A stretch of 64,000 nucleotides of DNA from Eledone cirrhosa (GCA_964016885.1 OZ024764.1:25296001-25360000); one strand, 5' to 3'; shown: positions 12,896 through 27,010, numbered from the stretch's first letter. A program made the numbers and translations. The notes: a model not told the origin generated them from the sequence alone.

Positions 12896-15190
12896 TCCTT
12901 TAGCATTTAAACCAGCCACATCTCGCCACAATTTTCTCATCTCTTTCCGTTCAAACCAGTTGTGACTGACCACTCATACTTATGTTAAGGTATTATTCTC
13001 AAAATATATAATATCAAAATCTTATAGATTCGATATTATATGAGATATTATGTGAGGTAAAGCCTTTACTGTGACAATACAATATTATATATAATGTAAA
13101 TGTTATGTGAGATATTATGTGAGGTAAAGTCTTTACTGTGACAATACAATAGTATATCTAGAGTAATGTAAATGTTATGTGAGATATTATGTGAGGTAAA
13201 GCCTTTACTGTGACAATACAATAGTATATATAGTGTAATGTAAATGTTATGTGAGATATTATGTGAGGTAAAGCCTTTACTGTGACAATACAATAGTATA
13301 TATAGAGTAATGTAAATATTATGTGAGATATTATGTGAGGTAAAGCCTTTACTGTGACAATACAATAGTATATATAGAGTAATGTAAATATTATGTGAGA
13401 TATTATGTGAGGTAAAGCCTTTACTGTGACAATACAATAGTATATATAGAGTAATGTAAATGTTATGTGAGATATTATGTGAGGTAAAGCCTTTACTGTG
13501 ACAATACAATAGTATATATAGAGTAATGTAAATGTTATGTGAGATATTATGTGAGGTAAAGACTTTACTGTGACAATACAATAGTATATATAGTGTAATG
13601 TAAATGTTATGTGAGATATTATGTGAGGTAAAGCCTTTACTGTGACAATACAATAGTATATATAGAGTAATGTAAATGTTATGTGAGATATTATGTGAGG
13701 TAAAGCCTTTACTGTGAAAATACAATAGTATATATAGAGTAATGTAAATGTTATGTGAGATATTATGTGAGGTAAAGCCTTTACTGTGACAATACAATAG
13801 TATATATAGAGTAATGTAAATATTATGTGAGATATTATGTGAGGTAAAGCCTTTACTGTGAAAATACAATAGTATATATAGAGTAATGTAAATGTTATGA
13901 GAGATATTATGTGAGGTAAAGACTTTACTGAGAAAATACAATAGTATATATAGAGTAATGTAAATGTTATGTGGGATATTATGTGAGGTAAAGTCTTTAC
14001 TGTGACAATACAATATTATATATAATGTAAATGTTATGTGAGATATTATGTGAGGTAAAGCCTTTACTGTGAAAATACAATAGTATATATAGAGTAATGT
14101 AAATGTTATGTGGGATATTATGTGAGGTAAAGCCTTTACTGTGAAAATACAATAGTATATATAGAGTAATGTAAATGTTATGTGAGATATTATGTGAGGT
14201 AAAGCCTTTACTGTGAAAATACAATAGTATATATAGAGTAATGTAAATGTTATGTGAGATATTATGTGAGGTAAAGCCTTTACTGTGACAATACAATAGT
14301 ATATATAGAGTAATGTAAATGTTATGTGAGGTATTATGTGAGGTAAAGCCTTTACTGTGACAATACAATAGTATATATAGAGTAATGTAAATGTTATGTG
14401 AGGTATTATGTGAGATAAAGCCTTTACTGTGACAATACAATAGTATATATAGAGTAATGTAAATATTATGTGAGATATTATGTGAGGTAAAGCCTTTACT
14501 GTGAAAATACAATAGTATATATAGAGTAATGTAAATGTTATGAGAGATATTATGTGAGGTAAAGACTTTACTGAGAAAATACAATAGTATATATAGAGTA
14601 ATGTAAATGTTATGTGGGATATTATGTGAGGTAAAGTCTTTACTGTGACAATACAATATTATATATAATGTAAATGTTATGTGAGATATTATGTGAGGTA
14701 AAGCCTTTACTGTGAAAATACAATAGTATATATAGAGTAATGTAAATGTTATGTGGGATATTATGTGAGGTAAAGCCTTTACTGTGAAAATACAATAGTA
14801 TATATAGAGTAATGTAAATGTTATGTGAGATATTATGTGAGGTAAAGCCTTTACTGTGAAAATACAATAGTATATATAGAGTAATGTAAATGTTATGTGA
14901 GGTATTATGTGAGATAAAGCCTTTACTGTGAAAATACAATAGTATATATAGAGTAATGTAAATGTTATGTGAGGTATTATGTGAGATAAAGCCTTTACTG
15001 TGAAAATACAATAGTATATATAGAGTAATGTAAATGTTATGAGAGATATTATGTGAGGTAAAGCCTTTACTGTGAAAATACAATAGTATATATAGAGTAA
15101 TGTAAATGTTATGTGAGATATTATGTGAGGTAAAACCTTTACTGTGAAAATACAATAGTATATATAGAGTAACGTAAATAGTAAAGAGTT
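12896..15190. mobile_element. MITE copy (CCTTTAACATTTA-type TIR, piggyBac-like) inflated by an internal minisatellite
   Basis: 12896-13060 and 15150-15190 align with the compact copy at 52721-52917; degenerate TIRs at both ends. Confidence 0.7.
13032..15178. repeat. 72-bp AT-rich minisatellite, about 30 copies
   Basis: Unit GATATTATGTGAGGTAAAGCCTTTACTGTGACAATACAATAGTATATATAGAGTAATGTAAATGTTATGTGA; 24-aa period in the ORF track. Confidence 0.97.
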
Positions 15191-15349
15191 ATTTGAAGTT
15201 TTATACACACAGAGACACATACATATTAAGAAAAATGATGAAGTTTCTTTAACATGTAGTTAGTTCTTTATTGTGTAACGATCTGTTATGTGCATTTCAT
15301 AGAGGATTGGCTCGGAGTCGCCCACAAAAGAATATCTAACATTTTACAG

Positions 15350-16025
15350 AAAAGAAGAAATTTGCACATGTTCTACGTCATGAGGATCAGAGGTGAGAAG
15401 TGATCAGGATTGTAAGAAAGTATGGTAGAGAAAATCATGATGTGGTTGTCTAAAATGATAGCAGAGAATTTGTTCTGTCTGATGACGAAAAGAAAGAGGC
15501 TTGGAAGACATATTATGAGAGACTGGTGGACGAGAAGAATGAATGGGACAGTAACGGCTTGCCCCATGCAGACCCTACAGAGGGACCAGCCATAAAAGAT
15601 GTCAGCAGTATGATAGATAAACCAATTAAGGAAATGAAAGTAGGGAAAGCAGCTGGAGCATCCTGTATAGTTGCTGAGATGCTAATAGCATCTGGCATGG
15701 TGGAATATGAGCTAGCCAGACACATAGTTAATCAAATAGGACAATATGGTGACATACCCAATGACTGGTGCAGCAGTGTCATTGTAAATTGCTACAAGGG
15801 CATACGGGATGTACTCCAGGGGTAGTTAATGGATGAGGTCATGAAAGTTGCTGAATGGGTTATAGCACAACTGATTAGAAACAGAATCAAGTTAGATGAG
15901 ATGCAGTTTGGATTTATGCCAGGGAGAAGTATTACTAATGCCCTCTTTACGACCAGACACTGCCCACAACAAGACAACCCGTTTAACCCATGCTAGCGTG
16001 GAAGAATGGACGTAAAATGGTGATA
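15350..16025 (+). mobile_element. Degenerate RTE-clade LINE fragment (family A) with internal deletion and 3' tail
   Basis: EWDSNGLPHADPTEGPA..GKAAG..MQFGFMPGRS matches the minus-strand copy at 17194-18459; 3' end AACCCATGCTAGCGTGGAAG..GACGTAAAATG. Confidence 0.85.
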
Positions 16026-16048
16026 TGGTGGTGATATGGTGGTGATAT

Positions 16049-18702
16049 CATCATCATCATCGTTTAACATCTGTTCTTCCACGCTAGCATGGGTTAGACG
16101 GTTTTGTTCCATTTGATGCGGGAATAGTCGGGAGACTGTGTGGCAGGTTCTTTATACAGCTGAATGCCCTTCCTAACACCAACCACATTTACAGTGCCAC
16201 CTTACAGTGTGGACTGGGAGACTTTTCACCGTGTCTCCTACACAACCACCTTACAGTGTGGGTGTTGTGTAAAACTGCATGGCGCCAAAGATCTCGATCC
16301 AGTGTCATTGTCTTAGAGAGGTGTAGGTGAGCAAGGTCAGTTTTTATCACCTTTTATCACCTTGTCTACCCACTCCGCAGCTTCCATCAATTTTCATTGT
16401 CCTGCACTTTTTTATACAGCTGTCGTCCTTCATACACATCACATGTCCATACCAACGCAGTCTCCTCTCCAGATACAGCATTTGATACCTCTTATGCTTA
16501 GTCTCCCTCTTAGTTCATTTATGCTTCGCCTTTCACGCACATTACTATTACACATCCATCGGAGCATGCAAGCTTCATTTCTTTCTAATCTACGCAGGTC
16601 TTCAGCACACAATGTCCAAGTCTCACTAGCATGTAATATCACTGTTTGTATACAGGCATCATACAATCTGCCTTTTACTTTTAGAGTAAAATCCCTTGTG
16701 GCCAACAGCGGTATTAGCTCTCTGAACTTTTTCCATTCCGTTCTAACTCTGGCTACTACACTTTCAGAGCACCCGCCACCACTGCTGATTTTGTCACCCA
16801 GGTAACGGAAGGTGTCTACTATTTCTATGGAACCATCTGGGCAGTTGAAGGAGATATCATTCAGTGGGTCCTTGCTACTTACTGCACCTGAGCATCGGAC
16901 ACATATAAAATCTACATTCTTAGATATTTTGCATTTGGGACATAGAATGGAGTTTCTGCCTACTCCTTTCTTACACATTGAGCATGGTCATTTCCCAGAA
17001 GGTACCTGTGGCGTATTCTCCTTTCTACATACTAGATCCTTAGTCTTAGACAAGTTGACTCTAAGGCCTTTTGATTCTAGGCCATGCTTCGATGTTTGGA
17101 ACTTCCTCTCTAGTTCAGCCATAGATTCAGCTACGAGAGTTAGATCATCTACATATAGAAGTTCCCATGGGCAGCCAGTCTTAAATCCTTCTGTTATAAC
17201 CTGAAGGGCAATAATAAACAGGAGAAGGCTAAGAACGGGCCCTGGTGACCCCCTACTCTTATGCTAAATTCTTCACTACATTCATTGTTAATTCTAACCT
17301 TGCTGACTGTTCCTCTATACATGGCTTGTACAGCTCTCACAAGCCATTCTTCCACTCCTAGTTTTCTAAGAGCCCACCAGATAATGGAGCGGGGGACTCT
17401 GTCAAAGGCCTTCTCCAGGTCAACAAAAGCAAAGTAGAGGGGTTTATTGTTAGCCAGGTACTTCTGCAATTGCCATACAAGGAAAAGAGCATCCGTGGTA
17501 CTTTTACCTGAAACAAATCCAAACTGCATTTCATCTAGATCAATTCGGTCTCTAATCAGTTAAGTAATAACTCTTTCTGTGACTTTCATGATTTGGTCAA
17601 CTAACTTAATGCCTCTATAGTTTCCTCTATCCAGGGCATCTCCTTTGCCCTTGTAACAGTTGACGAGGATGCTGCTACGCCAGTCATTTGGTATGACCCC
17701 ATTCTATATTACTTGGTTTACTATCCGGGTGACCATAGTATGTCCCACCATACCAGATACCTTCAACATTTCAGCAACTATCTCCGCAGGCCCAGCTGCC
17801 TTGCCAGTCTTCATATCTCTGATTGCCTTACTTACTATACTACCATTAACTTGCACTGCTGGTCCCTCTATTGGATCAATGTGGGGCAGACTATCTTTAT
17901 TCCATTCATTCTCCACATTCAATAGTCTCTCATAGTGACACTTCCAAGCTACCTTCTTATCACTACCAGTGAGGGCAAGTACACCATCATCATTATGGAC
18001 ACATGTCTCTCCGACAATATTACAATTCTCCTTGACACATTGCCTCGCAATCCTGAACACCTCCCGTCTTTGGTCCTCCCGTTGTAGAACATTCTTGAAC
18101 TTTCTATCCTCTGCTTCCCTCTTTGCAAGGTATACTTGTTGTCTAGCTTCTCTCCTAGCTACCCGATAGAGTTCTCTACTACTCCCATCCTGCCATTCTA
18201 TCCAAGCCTGCTTTTTGCCCTTGATGGTCTCTTCCTCCTTACTGTTCCACCACCATGTCACTCTCCTCCTGCCTAAAGGTCTGCTCCAGCCACAGATTTC
18301 ATCAGTCACCTTCAACAGGTTAACTTTCAGGAGTTCCCACTGTTCCTCTATATTGTATGTCTCTAATTGTTCTTCCTTACTGTCAAAAGCATCAAGTAAT
18401 ATGCTTTTAAATTTGTTACTAGCTGTGGGGTTCTTCAACTTCCATAATCTTCTCCTCAAGTATTCTTCTGTCGGTGAGTACGTCTGGCCCTGACTATGAG
18501 GTCATTAACTATTAAGTTATGTTGAGAGGGGCATTCTTCCTGAGGGAGGGACTTAGTGTTCATAGACACTTTGTCTAATTTCCTTGTAAGGATAAAATCT
18601 ATCTGGCTGATGTGCTCCCCTGATCTATAGATGATCAAGTGACTATCTCGTTTTTTGAAGTTTCTGTTGCAGACAGTCAGATCATTTGCATCACAGAATT
18701 CA
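16049..18702 (-). mobile_element. RTE-clade LINE (family A), 5'-truncated and frameshifted
   Basis: APE C-terminus (SQIDFIL), RT motifs QFGF, FVDLEKAFD, LYVDDL, FRYLG, ASETW; (GAT)n tail at 16049-16061. Confidence 0.93.
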
Positions 18703-18732
18703 TATTATATATATATATATATAAATATATAT

Positions 18733-20009
18733 CTCATCGACACAGTCTCAACCTCCCGCATCAAATCCTCTGCCTCCTTCACTGTATTTGTCACCAAAAC
18801 TATGTCGTCGGCAAATTCAGCATCCGATACCTTTTTCGCCTTAACTCTCCTGCTCTGAGCCGGTGCTACAGTAAAGACAGAGTCCTGGTGTTTCTCCAGT
18901 GCAAGGCGCATCGCATACAATAGTCCACTACGATGATAAAAAGGTAGGGAGACAATGTATCTCCCTGGAGCACTCCAGCAATTATCTCAAAGAACTCTGT
19001 CATCCCATCAGGTGTAATGACTTGGGCTTTGGTGTTGGTGTAGAGCAGTGATATCAGGTCCACTATCTTCTTGGGGATTCCATAAGCCTGTAAGATCTTC
19101 ATCAGGCAGTGATGGTCCACAGAATCAAAGGCCTTCCTAAAGTCAATGAAAACCATGACCGCAGGAAGGCACTTTGCTCTAGCTCCCTCTAATATCCTCC
19201 TCAGCATCAGGATGTGACTGGTGGTTGATCTATCCTCTCTGAAGCCGTTCTGGTTATCCCTGAGCTTCTTCTCCATCTCAGGCTGGATCCTGTTAAGAAT
19301 CATCCTGTTGAGACTGTGTCGATGAGTGTGGGGCTGAGAATGAATGAGACTAAAACAAAATATCTGGTAGAGAATGTTGAGAAGCCAGAGGGGATCACTA
19401 ATGTAGGCGGGAAGCCGCTGGAATTGGTTGAGGACTTCCTGTATTTGGGAGCAAAGATTGGGAATACGGAAGATGATGTGGTTGAGAGGAAGAGCAAGGC
19501 CTGGGCGGCGTGCCACAGCTTGAGATCGGTGTGGAAGTCGGACCTTCGTAGAGACCTGAAAATCCGCCTCTTCATTGCTGTAGTGGAGTCTGTGCTGCTG
19601 TATGGGTCTGAGACTTGGACACTGACCAAGAAACTCACTCAGATGGTGGATGGGAGCTACACGAGAATGCTGAGGATGGCTCTGAACATTAATCAGTATA
19701 CACTGAGGATGAAAATCTCAGAGCTGTATGGGAGCATCCCAAAAGTCAGCTCAAAAGTGACACAGAGGAGACTGAGGTTAGCTGGACATGCTCACCGACA
19801 TCAAGAGTTGACATTGCACTCAGTACTCCTTTGGGAGCCCCTACATGGACACACTAGAAGAGGAAAACCAAGGTTAACGTATGTTGATGCCCTAAGGACA
19901 GACACTGGTCTGTTGGAGATGCAGGACATGGCAGCGATAATGAGGGACAGAGACTGCTGGAGAGAACTCGTCCATGGATCTCGGGAATTTTACCCGCCTT
20001 AGATAGATA
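18733..20009. mobile_element. RTE-clade LINE (family B) with 5' inversion: 18733-19306 minus, 19307-20009 plus
   Basis: Minus part QNGFR..FIDFRKAFDS..GVLQGDTLSPYLF..FADDI continues into plus part GLRMNETKTK..FLYLG..LLYGSETW; (TAGA)n tail. Confidence 0.9.
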
Positions 20010-20226
20010 TATTTCTTTATTTACCATAAAGGCATAAAAAGAAGGGACAAATACAAAGGGGGAGTTTACATACAATCGAGTAAAAAGGGTATAAAATGAA
20101 AATAATCGAAAATAACCTCAAAAGGGAGGGGACGTGATGGGGGTTGCACACACCCCCGAAAAAGTGTGCAATCCTTTGCCCGGGGAGCACATGGAGAAGG
20201 TGCTCCCCTCTCCTTCACTTCTTTAC

Positions 20227-23200
20227 CTACAGGATGGTATACAGAGAAGACCCATTTACACGAGCCATTCTCGCCACTATCACCCACCTTTCATAAAACT
20301 GCCTGTGGCCAAGCACCTCTCTCTCCATTCTTATCCTTCTTCCGAAGTGATATCGGAAGAAGTAGACCAGACTATGGCCAGAGAGGAAGTTGCCTGACCT
20401 CAGACCTTTCAATCGTGTCCACCAAACAACCTCTTTCAACATGGCTATTACGCACAGAAAAACCGCCTTTGCTTCCTTTGTGAAGAGGGGAGGCGGTTTG
20501 ATTGTCATCACGGACTCGACGGTCAATTGAATCGGCGCCACCCGCGACAGCAGTCGTTCGGCGTAGCCCCACAGATCAGCTACACCCGGACATTGCACCA
20601 ATACATGCGCAACGGTTTCTTCGTGACGCACGCATCTAGGGCAAATCTTTTTTGAGGGATCCCTGCCCGGGCGCCCGTGTCTGTAGAGCCTCTCTCGAAC
20701 GGGTAGAGCCCCCCGGTAGCACTGCCAGGCTAGTGACTTCTGGAAGTTGTCCATTGGTCCCGGGCCGAAAGTCCTACCGAACAGGCTGGCCAGTTCGTCC
20801 TCTTCCATGTCCAGCGACTCTCCAAGGGTGTCATCGCCCCTGCTAGCCACCAGCCCTCTATAGAATGATGAGGTAGATTCTCCACCGATGGCCTGGCTCG
20901 CTTGCCAGAGAGCTCTGAGCGCCTGAGCACACTCAGTGTGCCAGTCTCCCAGTTTTCCGGATCTTTGCTTGACCCAGGACTGGAGCTCGGTGAGCGAGAC
21001 GAGTCTCGGAAAGGCTCGTTTCACGAACGGAGCCCACACCGGTTGACCAGTGAGGAATACCTGTAGGTGCCGTAGCCTTAATGCGTGCCTACGCATCATC
21101 AACCACGGCATCCCCAGCCCTCCTTTCGAAGGTTGTTGGCAGCAGATGGATCTTCTCACCATAGGAGGGCGCTTCTTCCAAAGAAATTGGAAGAGCATGC
21201 ATTCCATGGTGGTGAGTGTTTCCTTAGGGCAAGGCACGACAGTCAGGCGGTAGTAAGTGACGGACGCTATGTAAATGTTCGCCACCTCCGCCCGGCCTTT
21301 TAGGGACAGCTTACACTTGGCCCATTTCTGGGTTAGTGCAAACACCTTGTTCGTAACCTCGTCCCAGTTCTTTTCCACCTGGAGGTCCGGTCCAAACCAG
21401 ACCCCAAGCAACTTTACCGGGCCCTCCGTCCAGTGTCCGACGACACCGTCGGGAGGCATCGGTCTGCCTCTCCACGTTCCGAGTTGCAGCCCGATGGATT
21501 TTTCCCGGTTCAGTTTCGCTCCTGACAACCTTTCGTAATCCTCCAGTAAGGTACCGATCGCCTCGATTTCCGAGTCGGTCGATACCATTACTGTTACGTC
21601 ATCGGCGTAGGCCGACACCGCTTTGCTCAATCCTGGTTCCAGGGGGATACCCTGCAAGAACTCTAACTTCCTCAGTAAAGGCTCGAGAGTCAATACGTAC
21701 AGAAGGGAGGAGAGATGGCACCCCTGTCGAATGGATCGTGTGATTTCGAACGGCTTCGAAAGGTAGCCGTTCACCTTGATCCTAGAACAGATGTGGTTGC
21801 TATGTAAGGCAGTGATCCAGCCTCTGAAAACAGGACTGAACCCAGCCGCCGCTAGCACCGCATCCAGGTAACCATGGTCGACCCTATCGAAGGCCTTAGA
21901 CTGATCCAAGTTGATCAGGGCCCCACCGAAGCCGGGTTTGTTGCCAACCCTCTCTATGATGTATCGCATGAGGTGGAGGTTATCGTGAATGGACCTGGAT
22001 GGGATAGCACATGTCTGCGCATCTCCCACCAGGCCACCCACGACAAGCGCCAACCTCTTTGCTAACACCTTGGCCAAAATCTTTAACTCTGTGTTTAGCA
22101 GGGTTATGGGCCGAAAATTATTTATACTATCCCCCTTGTTCTCGTCCTTCCTCACCAGCGAGACTACGCCCTTGGCTACAGAACAAGGAATTCTACCGTT
22201 CTGCTGCCAATTGCAGTAGACCGCTTCGAGGAGTTCGGAGAAGAAGACCGGCTTGCTAAATAAAGTTCGTAAGGTATACCATCGAGACCTGGAGATTTGC
22301 GTCTGCTGCATTGGCTCAGCGCATCTCCGATCTCATCAGCCGAGATTGGTCCCTCGCAGGACTCTGCCTCTTCGCTCGAGAGACGCGGCAGGCCGTCGAG
22401 GTATGGACCGAAATCCACGTCCCCGCCGGGACCCTCGCCTCCCCCGAATAATCGGGCAAAGTGCCTTTGAAAGGCCTCGCACATCTGCTTAGGCTCTCGG
22501 ATCACCCGCCCATCCTCGTCTTGCAACGACCGGATGGTGGATCGATTTCCACTCTTAGCTTCTGTCACGCGGGCCCAGCCAACGGCTTTGGCCCCCTCAT
22601 TACCTAGAGCACGTATTTTACTTCGAATGACGCAGCCTTCGTGCTTTGCATCGAAAAACTGGTTCAAGGCCGTCCTCGATGCCAGCACTCTGGCCACATC
22701 TTCGCTCTTGATTGCCTCTTCTAATTTACCTGTTAATTCTTTCTCGTTTCTATTTCTATCGGCAGCTAACATCTTGCTATAACTTATTGATTCTGTTCTA
22801 ATCTCTCTTTTGAGAGATGCCCACCATCGGTTGTTGACGATTGCACCCGTCAACCTCTCCTTAACTAATCTGCTAATCCGGTTTCTGTAAGTCTCTTTTG
22901 CCGGTAAAGACAAATTAAGTTTCCAGTAACCGGGACTCTGTTTATGTGTTTTCTCGAGATTGACTACGCAGGTCACTAATTTGTGATCCGTATAGCCAAC
23001 CGTGCGCATTTCTGGACAGCTTAATATGTCCCTATCCTTACTTCTAACTAAGAATCTATCTAAGTACGATCTAGATTGACCACTGTGGTTTCTCCAAGTC
23101 CAGGTAGGCACAGTTGGAAAATCTAGTCGATATCTATCGACCAAGTTAAAACGGTCGAGTAACCCCTTGAGGCTGTTACACCCCCTCTATTAGGACATGC

Positions 23201-23662
23201 TCCTGCATAGTCCCAACGTGCATCTAGGATGTCATTCCAATTCCCCGCTAGAAGCAGGGAACGCGACGTTCCCAGAAAAGTCTCCAAACGCTGGAAGAAG
23301 TCGGGCCGTTCAGCTCCGAAAGGGGAGTAGACGGCGACCAGTCTCAAGGCCGCACCTTCACTACTGCCAACGTCTAGCACCAACAAACGACCCTCCGGGT
23401 CCGAGTGCACAACCTGTACGGCAAGACCCAGGTGTTTTTGCAGCAGTACAACAACCCCACCCCCACCTCCAGGTTGACAGAGAGATGCATGCACCTCAAA
23501 GTCATCGAAGGTAGGGGCCAGCTGCCGCACGACGCTGATCCGAGTCTCACAGATAACCATTACATTTATACCACATGACCTGAGGTCAATTAGAAGCTTT
23601 GCTTGCTTCCAAGTTGAGCCCAGGCCACGTGCATTCAAACATCCTACTCTTAACACATCCAT
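20227..23662 (-). pseudogene. Tx1 ORF2 (APE endonuclease, RT, C-terminal CCHC) with two frameshifts near 23170 and 22260
   Basis: LNARGL, ICET, SYLDRF, TDHK, SPGLDG, LDQSKAFDRV, IRQGC, YADD, CPRC..ETVAH..C across three ORF pieces. Confidence 0.93.
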
Positions 23663-25466
23663 GTGGGCGAAAGAGCCAAAGGAGAGTGTAGAGACCTACC
23701 TTTCTGCTTCCCGGGGTTCGGGTCGCACGACTTCCATGGGGTCGGGGTGTTGGGTGAAGGGGTGTCTTGTGGTGGTGTGGGGTCGTCAGTGTGTGGTGGG
23801 GTTGGGGTGTTTGGAGTTGTGTTGGGGAGGGGAAGGGGAGGGGGAAAGCTTTTTAGTAGGACGCGGTTTATGGGTTTGACAGAGGGTGGTCCTACGTCCT
23901 CCTTAAAATCCTTTTTTAGTTTTTGGTAGAGGTTCATTGGGATCTTTATTAATTTTAAATGTGGGTAGTTTTCTGAAGAAACAAAGTTTACACCTTCGGT
24001 TTGTACCGAAGGATTATTGTTTATGAGTTCATTTAATTTATCATTGTTTCTGTTGATGTAAGTATAGTGTAATGTCTTTTTTTCGGATGGTGTGAGTGTT
24101 TCGAAGAGGGGAGGGGCAGGTTTGGTTTTGTTTGTTGCTGGAGGGGTGTTTTGTGTTTTGTTGGATTGTGTTGACATTTGGGTGGGGGTTGTTTGGCCTT
24201 GTATGTTTTGCACATGTTTTCTTTTTTTCCTTTTAATCTGTCTGAAGGACTCCGTTTCTTCCTCCGAATTCGTTGGGTTATCTTCAGTGTTGGAGGGAAG
24301 AGGTATGTTTGCTGGTAATGTTTCCGTGTTGGTTTTCTTTGTGGGGGAGATGGATGTCATTATGTTAGACTGTGTTGTGTGTTGTGTCTGCGGTGGTTGT
24401 GTTGTTTTATTGAGTGAGGGGTTGGGTGGGCCTGTATTTTGTTTTGGGGTAATGTGTTGTGACTGTTTGTGTTGTGGTGGTGGTGTAGTTTTACTGAGGG
24501 ACGGGTTGGGTGGGACTGAGTTTTGTTGTTTGTTTATCTGTTGTGGTGGTGGTGGTGGAGCTGGTGTTGGTAGCAGGGTTTTCTTTTTGTTGAGTTGGGG
24601 ACAAGCGGCCTTCAGGTGCCCTCTTCCTGCACAGATATGACAGGACGGCCTTCTCCCCTCCACGCTAATGTTTATATACCCGTGGCCCTCTAATAGGATT
24701 CTGTCGGGTATTTGGGCGATGCGTTCAGGCTTCATTTGCACTACAAGCTCTATACCTGTTCCACTGAACGCATTGCCTGTGGTTTTCCCAATGGAAATCA
24801 CGTTGTCATTCACTGGATCGATGAAGCCAGCTATGAGCCAGCAGTAGTCCACATCTGGCATCATTGCATCCAGCCATATGCGTTGAGTTCTTTTACCCAT
24901 ATAAGATGGATAAAAGATAAAATTTTTCGAACGAATCGGTGACAAAGCACATTTTTTTGCCGCCGATTCGTTCTTCATAATAATTGCTAGGCTTCCATAC
25001 AGTCTGTCTTTTCTTATGAAAGTGGTTTCATTAAGTACTTCTGTGAGTACTGTTTTGATATCTGTTTGAGTTGGCTGTTCAGGTTTTTTAGAAGTGTTGT
25101 TGATGGTGCGGAACACGACCGTTCGACTTTCAATGTCTTTGGTGAGTTCTTGAGGCATTTTTACCGATAAAATACCATTCTCTCCTTCACTTATGTATTG
25201 TTTGGCGTCTGTGATTCTTTGTGCCACATCTGAAATATTTTCAGGTATATATGTCAAAGATTTCTTTGTTGTTTGTGCAAAGAAATCTTGTTGGTGTTGA
25301 TTTTGTCGTCTGCTTTGCTTTCTGTTATGATGTTGTTTTCAAATGTTATTTTTGTGTTTGTTGTGTCTTTGTTTGTGGTATTAATATTGTCATGCAATTT
25401 TTCAAATTTTTTTTTTTTTTTTTTTTTCGTTGTTGGAATCCATGTCCAGATTTGTGTTTTCGTCAT
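23650..25466 (-). CDS. Tx1 ORF1 (gag-like, zinc knuckle CHICAGRGHLKAAC, Pro/Thr-rich tail); probable frameshift near 25260
   Basis: 535-aa ORF directly upstream of ORF2, overlapping its ATG by 13 nt; CX2CX4HX4C motif. Confidence 0.85.
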
Positions 25467-25857
25467 TTTTCTCCGCAGATTCGTCTGTTTTTATTTTATT
25501 TTTTCCTTCCTTCTCTATGACGTTAGTTGGGAAGGAAGGGGGGGACTAAAGCGTGCGAGCTTACAACTCTTACCGCTGTCCCCCCACCACTATTTTCGTT
25601 CGCTTCGTTTAACATTTCTGTCAGACGATTGAAATTTTTTGCCACAAAATTTTTAAAAACAGGTTTTTCACCCCTAGGAGGGGTAAAAATGAGCTGACAC
25701 ACCGCCTGACAGTTCAGACGGGGGGTCAAGCTACACAATAGTATCAAAATTAAATTTGAACTTACAAAATTTCCGCAATAAATTTGAACAAAACTTCTGC
25801 GCGAAGTGAATTACATCTACGCTGTAAAACAGACGACAGCTAGATTTTTACCCGCCT

Positions 25858-25943
<86 letters not shown>

Positions 25944-25976
25944 TATATACATATATATATATACATATATATATAT
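25858..25976. repeat. (TAGA)n followed by (TA)n microsatellite
   Basis: Direct reading; continuation of the family-B LINE tail split by the Tx1 insertion. Confidence 0.95.
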
Positions 25977-25977
25977 G

Positions 25978-26733
25978 TCTAGGGTGGGTAAAATTCTCAA
26001 GATCCATGGACGAGTTCTCTCCAGTGGTCTCTGTCCCTCATTAACGCTGCCATGTCCTGCGTCTCCAAGAGACCAGTGTCAGTCCTTAGGGCATCAACAT
26101 ATGTCAACCTCGGTCTCCCTTTTCCAGTGTGTCCATGTAGGGGCTCCCACATGAGCACTGAGTGCAGTGTCAACTCTGGATTTCGGTGAGCATGTCCAGC
26201 TAACCTCAGTCTCCTCTGGGATACCCTCGAGCTGACTTTTGGGAAGCTCCCGTACAGCTCTGAGTTCTTCATCCTCAGTGTATACTGATTAATGTGCAGA
26301 GCCATCTTCAACATTCTCGTGTAGCACCCATCCACCATCTGAGTGAGTTTCTTGGTTAGTATCCAAGTCTCAGACCCGTACAGCATCACAGACTCCACTA
26401 CAGCAACAAAGAGACGGATCTTCAGGTCTTTACGAAGGTCCAACTTCCATACCGATGTCAAGCTGTGGCACGCCGCCCAGGCTTTGCTCTTCCTTTCGAC
26501 CACATCATCTTCTGTATTCCCAATCTTTGCTCCTAAATACAGGAAGTCCTCAACCAATTCTAGCGGCTTCCCGCCTACATTAGTAATCTTCTCTGGCTTC
26601 TTAATATTCTCTACCAGCTACTTCATCTTTATCTCATTCATTTTCGGTCCCACACTCATCGACACAGCTCCACCTCCTGCATCAAATCCTCTGCCTCCTT
26701 CACTGTGTTTGTCACCAGAATACAATAGTGGAC
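25978..26733 (-). mobile_element. RTE family B 3' fragment
   Basis: 186-aa ORF nearly identical to 19316-20002. Confidence 0.92.
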
Positions 26734-26744
26734 ATATATATACA

Positions 26745-27010
26745 CAAAAGTCAGCTCAAAAGTGACACAGAGGAGACTGAGGTTAGCTGGACATGCTCAC
26801 CGACACCCAGAGTTGACATTGCACTCAGTGCTCCTGTGGGAGCCCCTACATGGGCACACTGAAAGAGGAAGACCAAGGTTAATGTATGTTGATGCCCTAA
26901 GGACAGACACTGGTCTTTTGGAGACGCAGGACATGGCAGCGATAATGAGGGACAGAGACCGCTGGAGAGAACTCGTCCCATGGATCTCGGGAATTTTACC
27001 CGCCCTAGAT
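26745..27010 (+). mobile_element. RTE family B short 3' fragment
   Basis: RRLRLAGHAHRHPEL..RDRDRWRELV and the same 3' terminus TTTTACCCGCCCTAGA. Confidence 0.92.

Larger units (their letters stand above)
20010..25845 (-). mobile_element. Full-length L1/Tx1-clade non-LTR retrotransposon, about 5.84 kb, with 22-bp TSD
   Basis: TTTTACCCGCCTTAGATAGATA at 19988-20009 and 25846-25867; ORF1 plus overlapping ORF2; 3' end AATAAAGAAA. Confidence 0.93.

Noticed and set aside
15303-15350. Possible extra M13 exon (tttcatag then EDWLGVAH)
   Set aside because: Phase incompatible with the upstream exon, no donor, runs into LINE sequence; flanking exons join without it.
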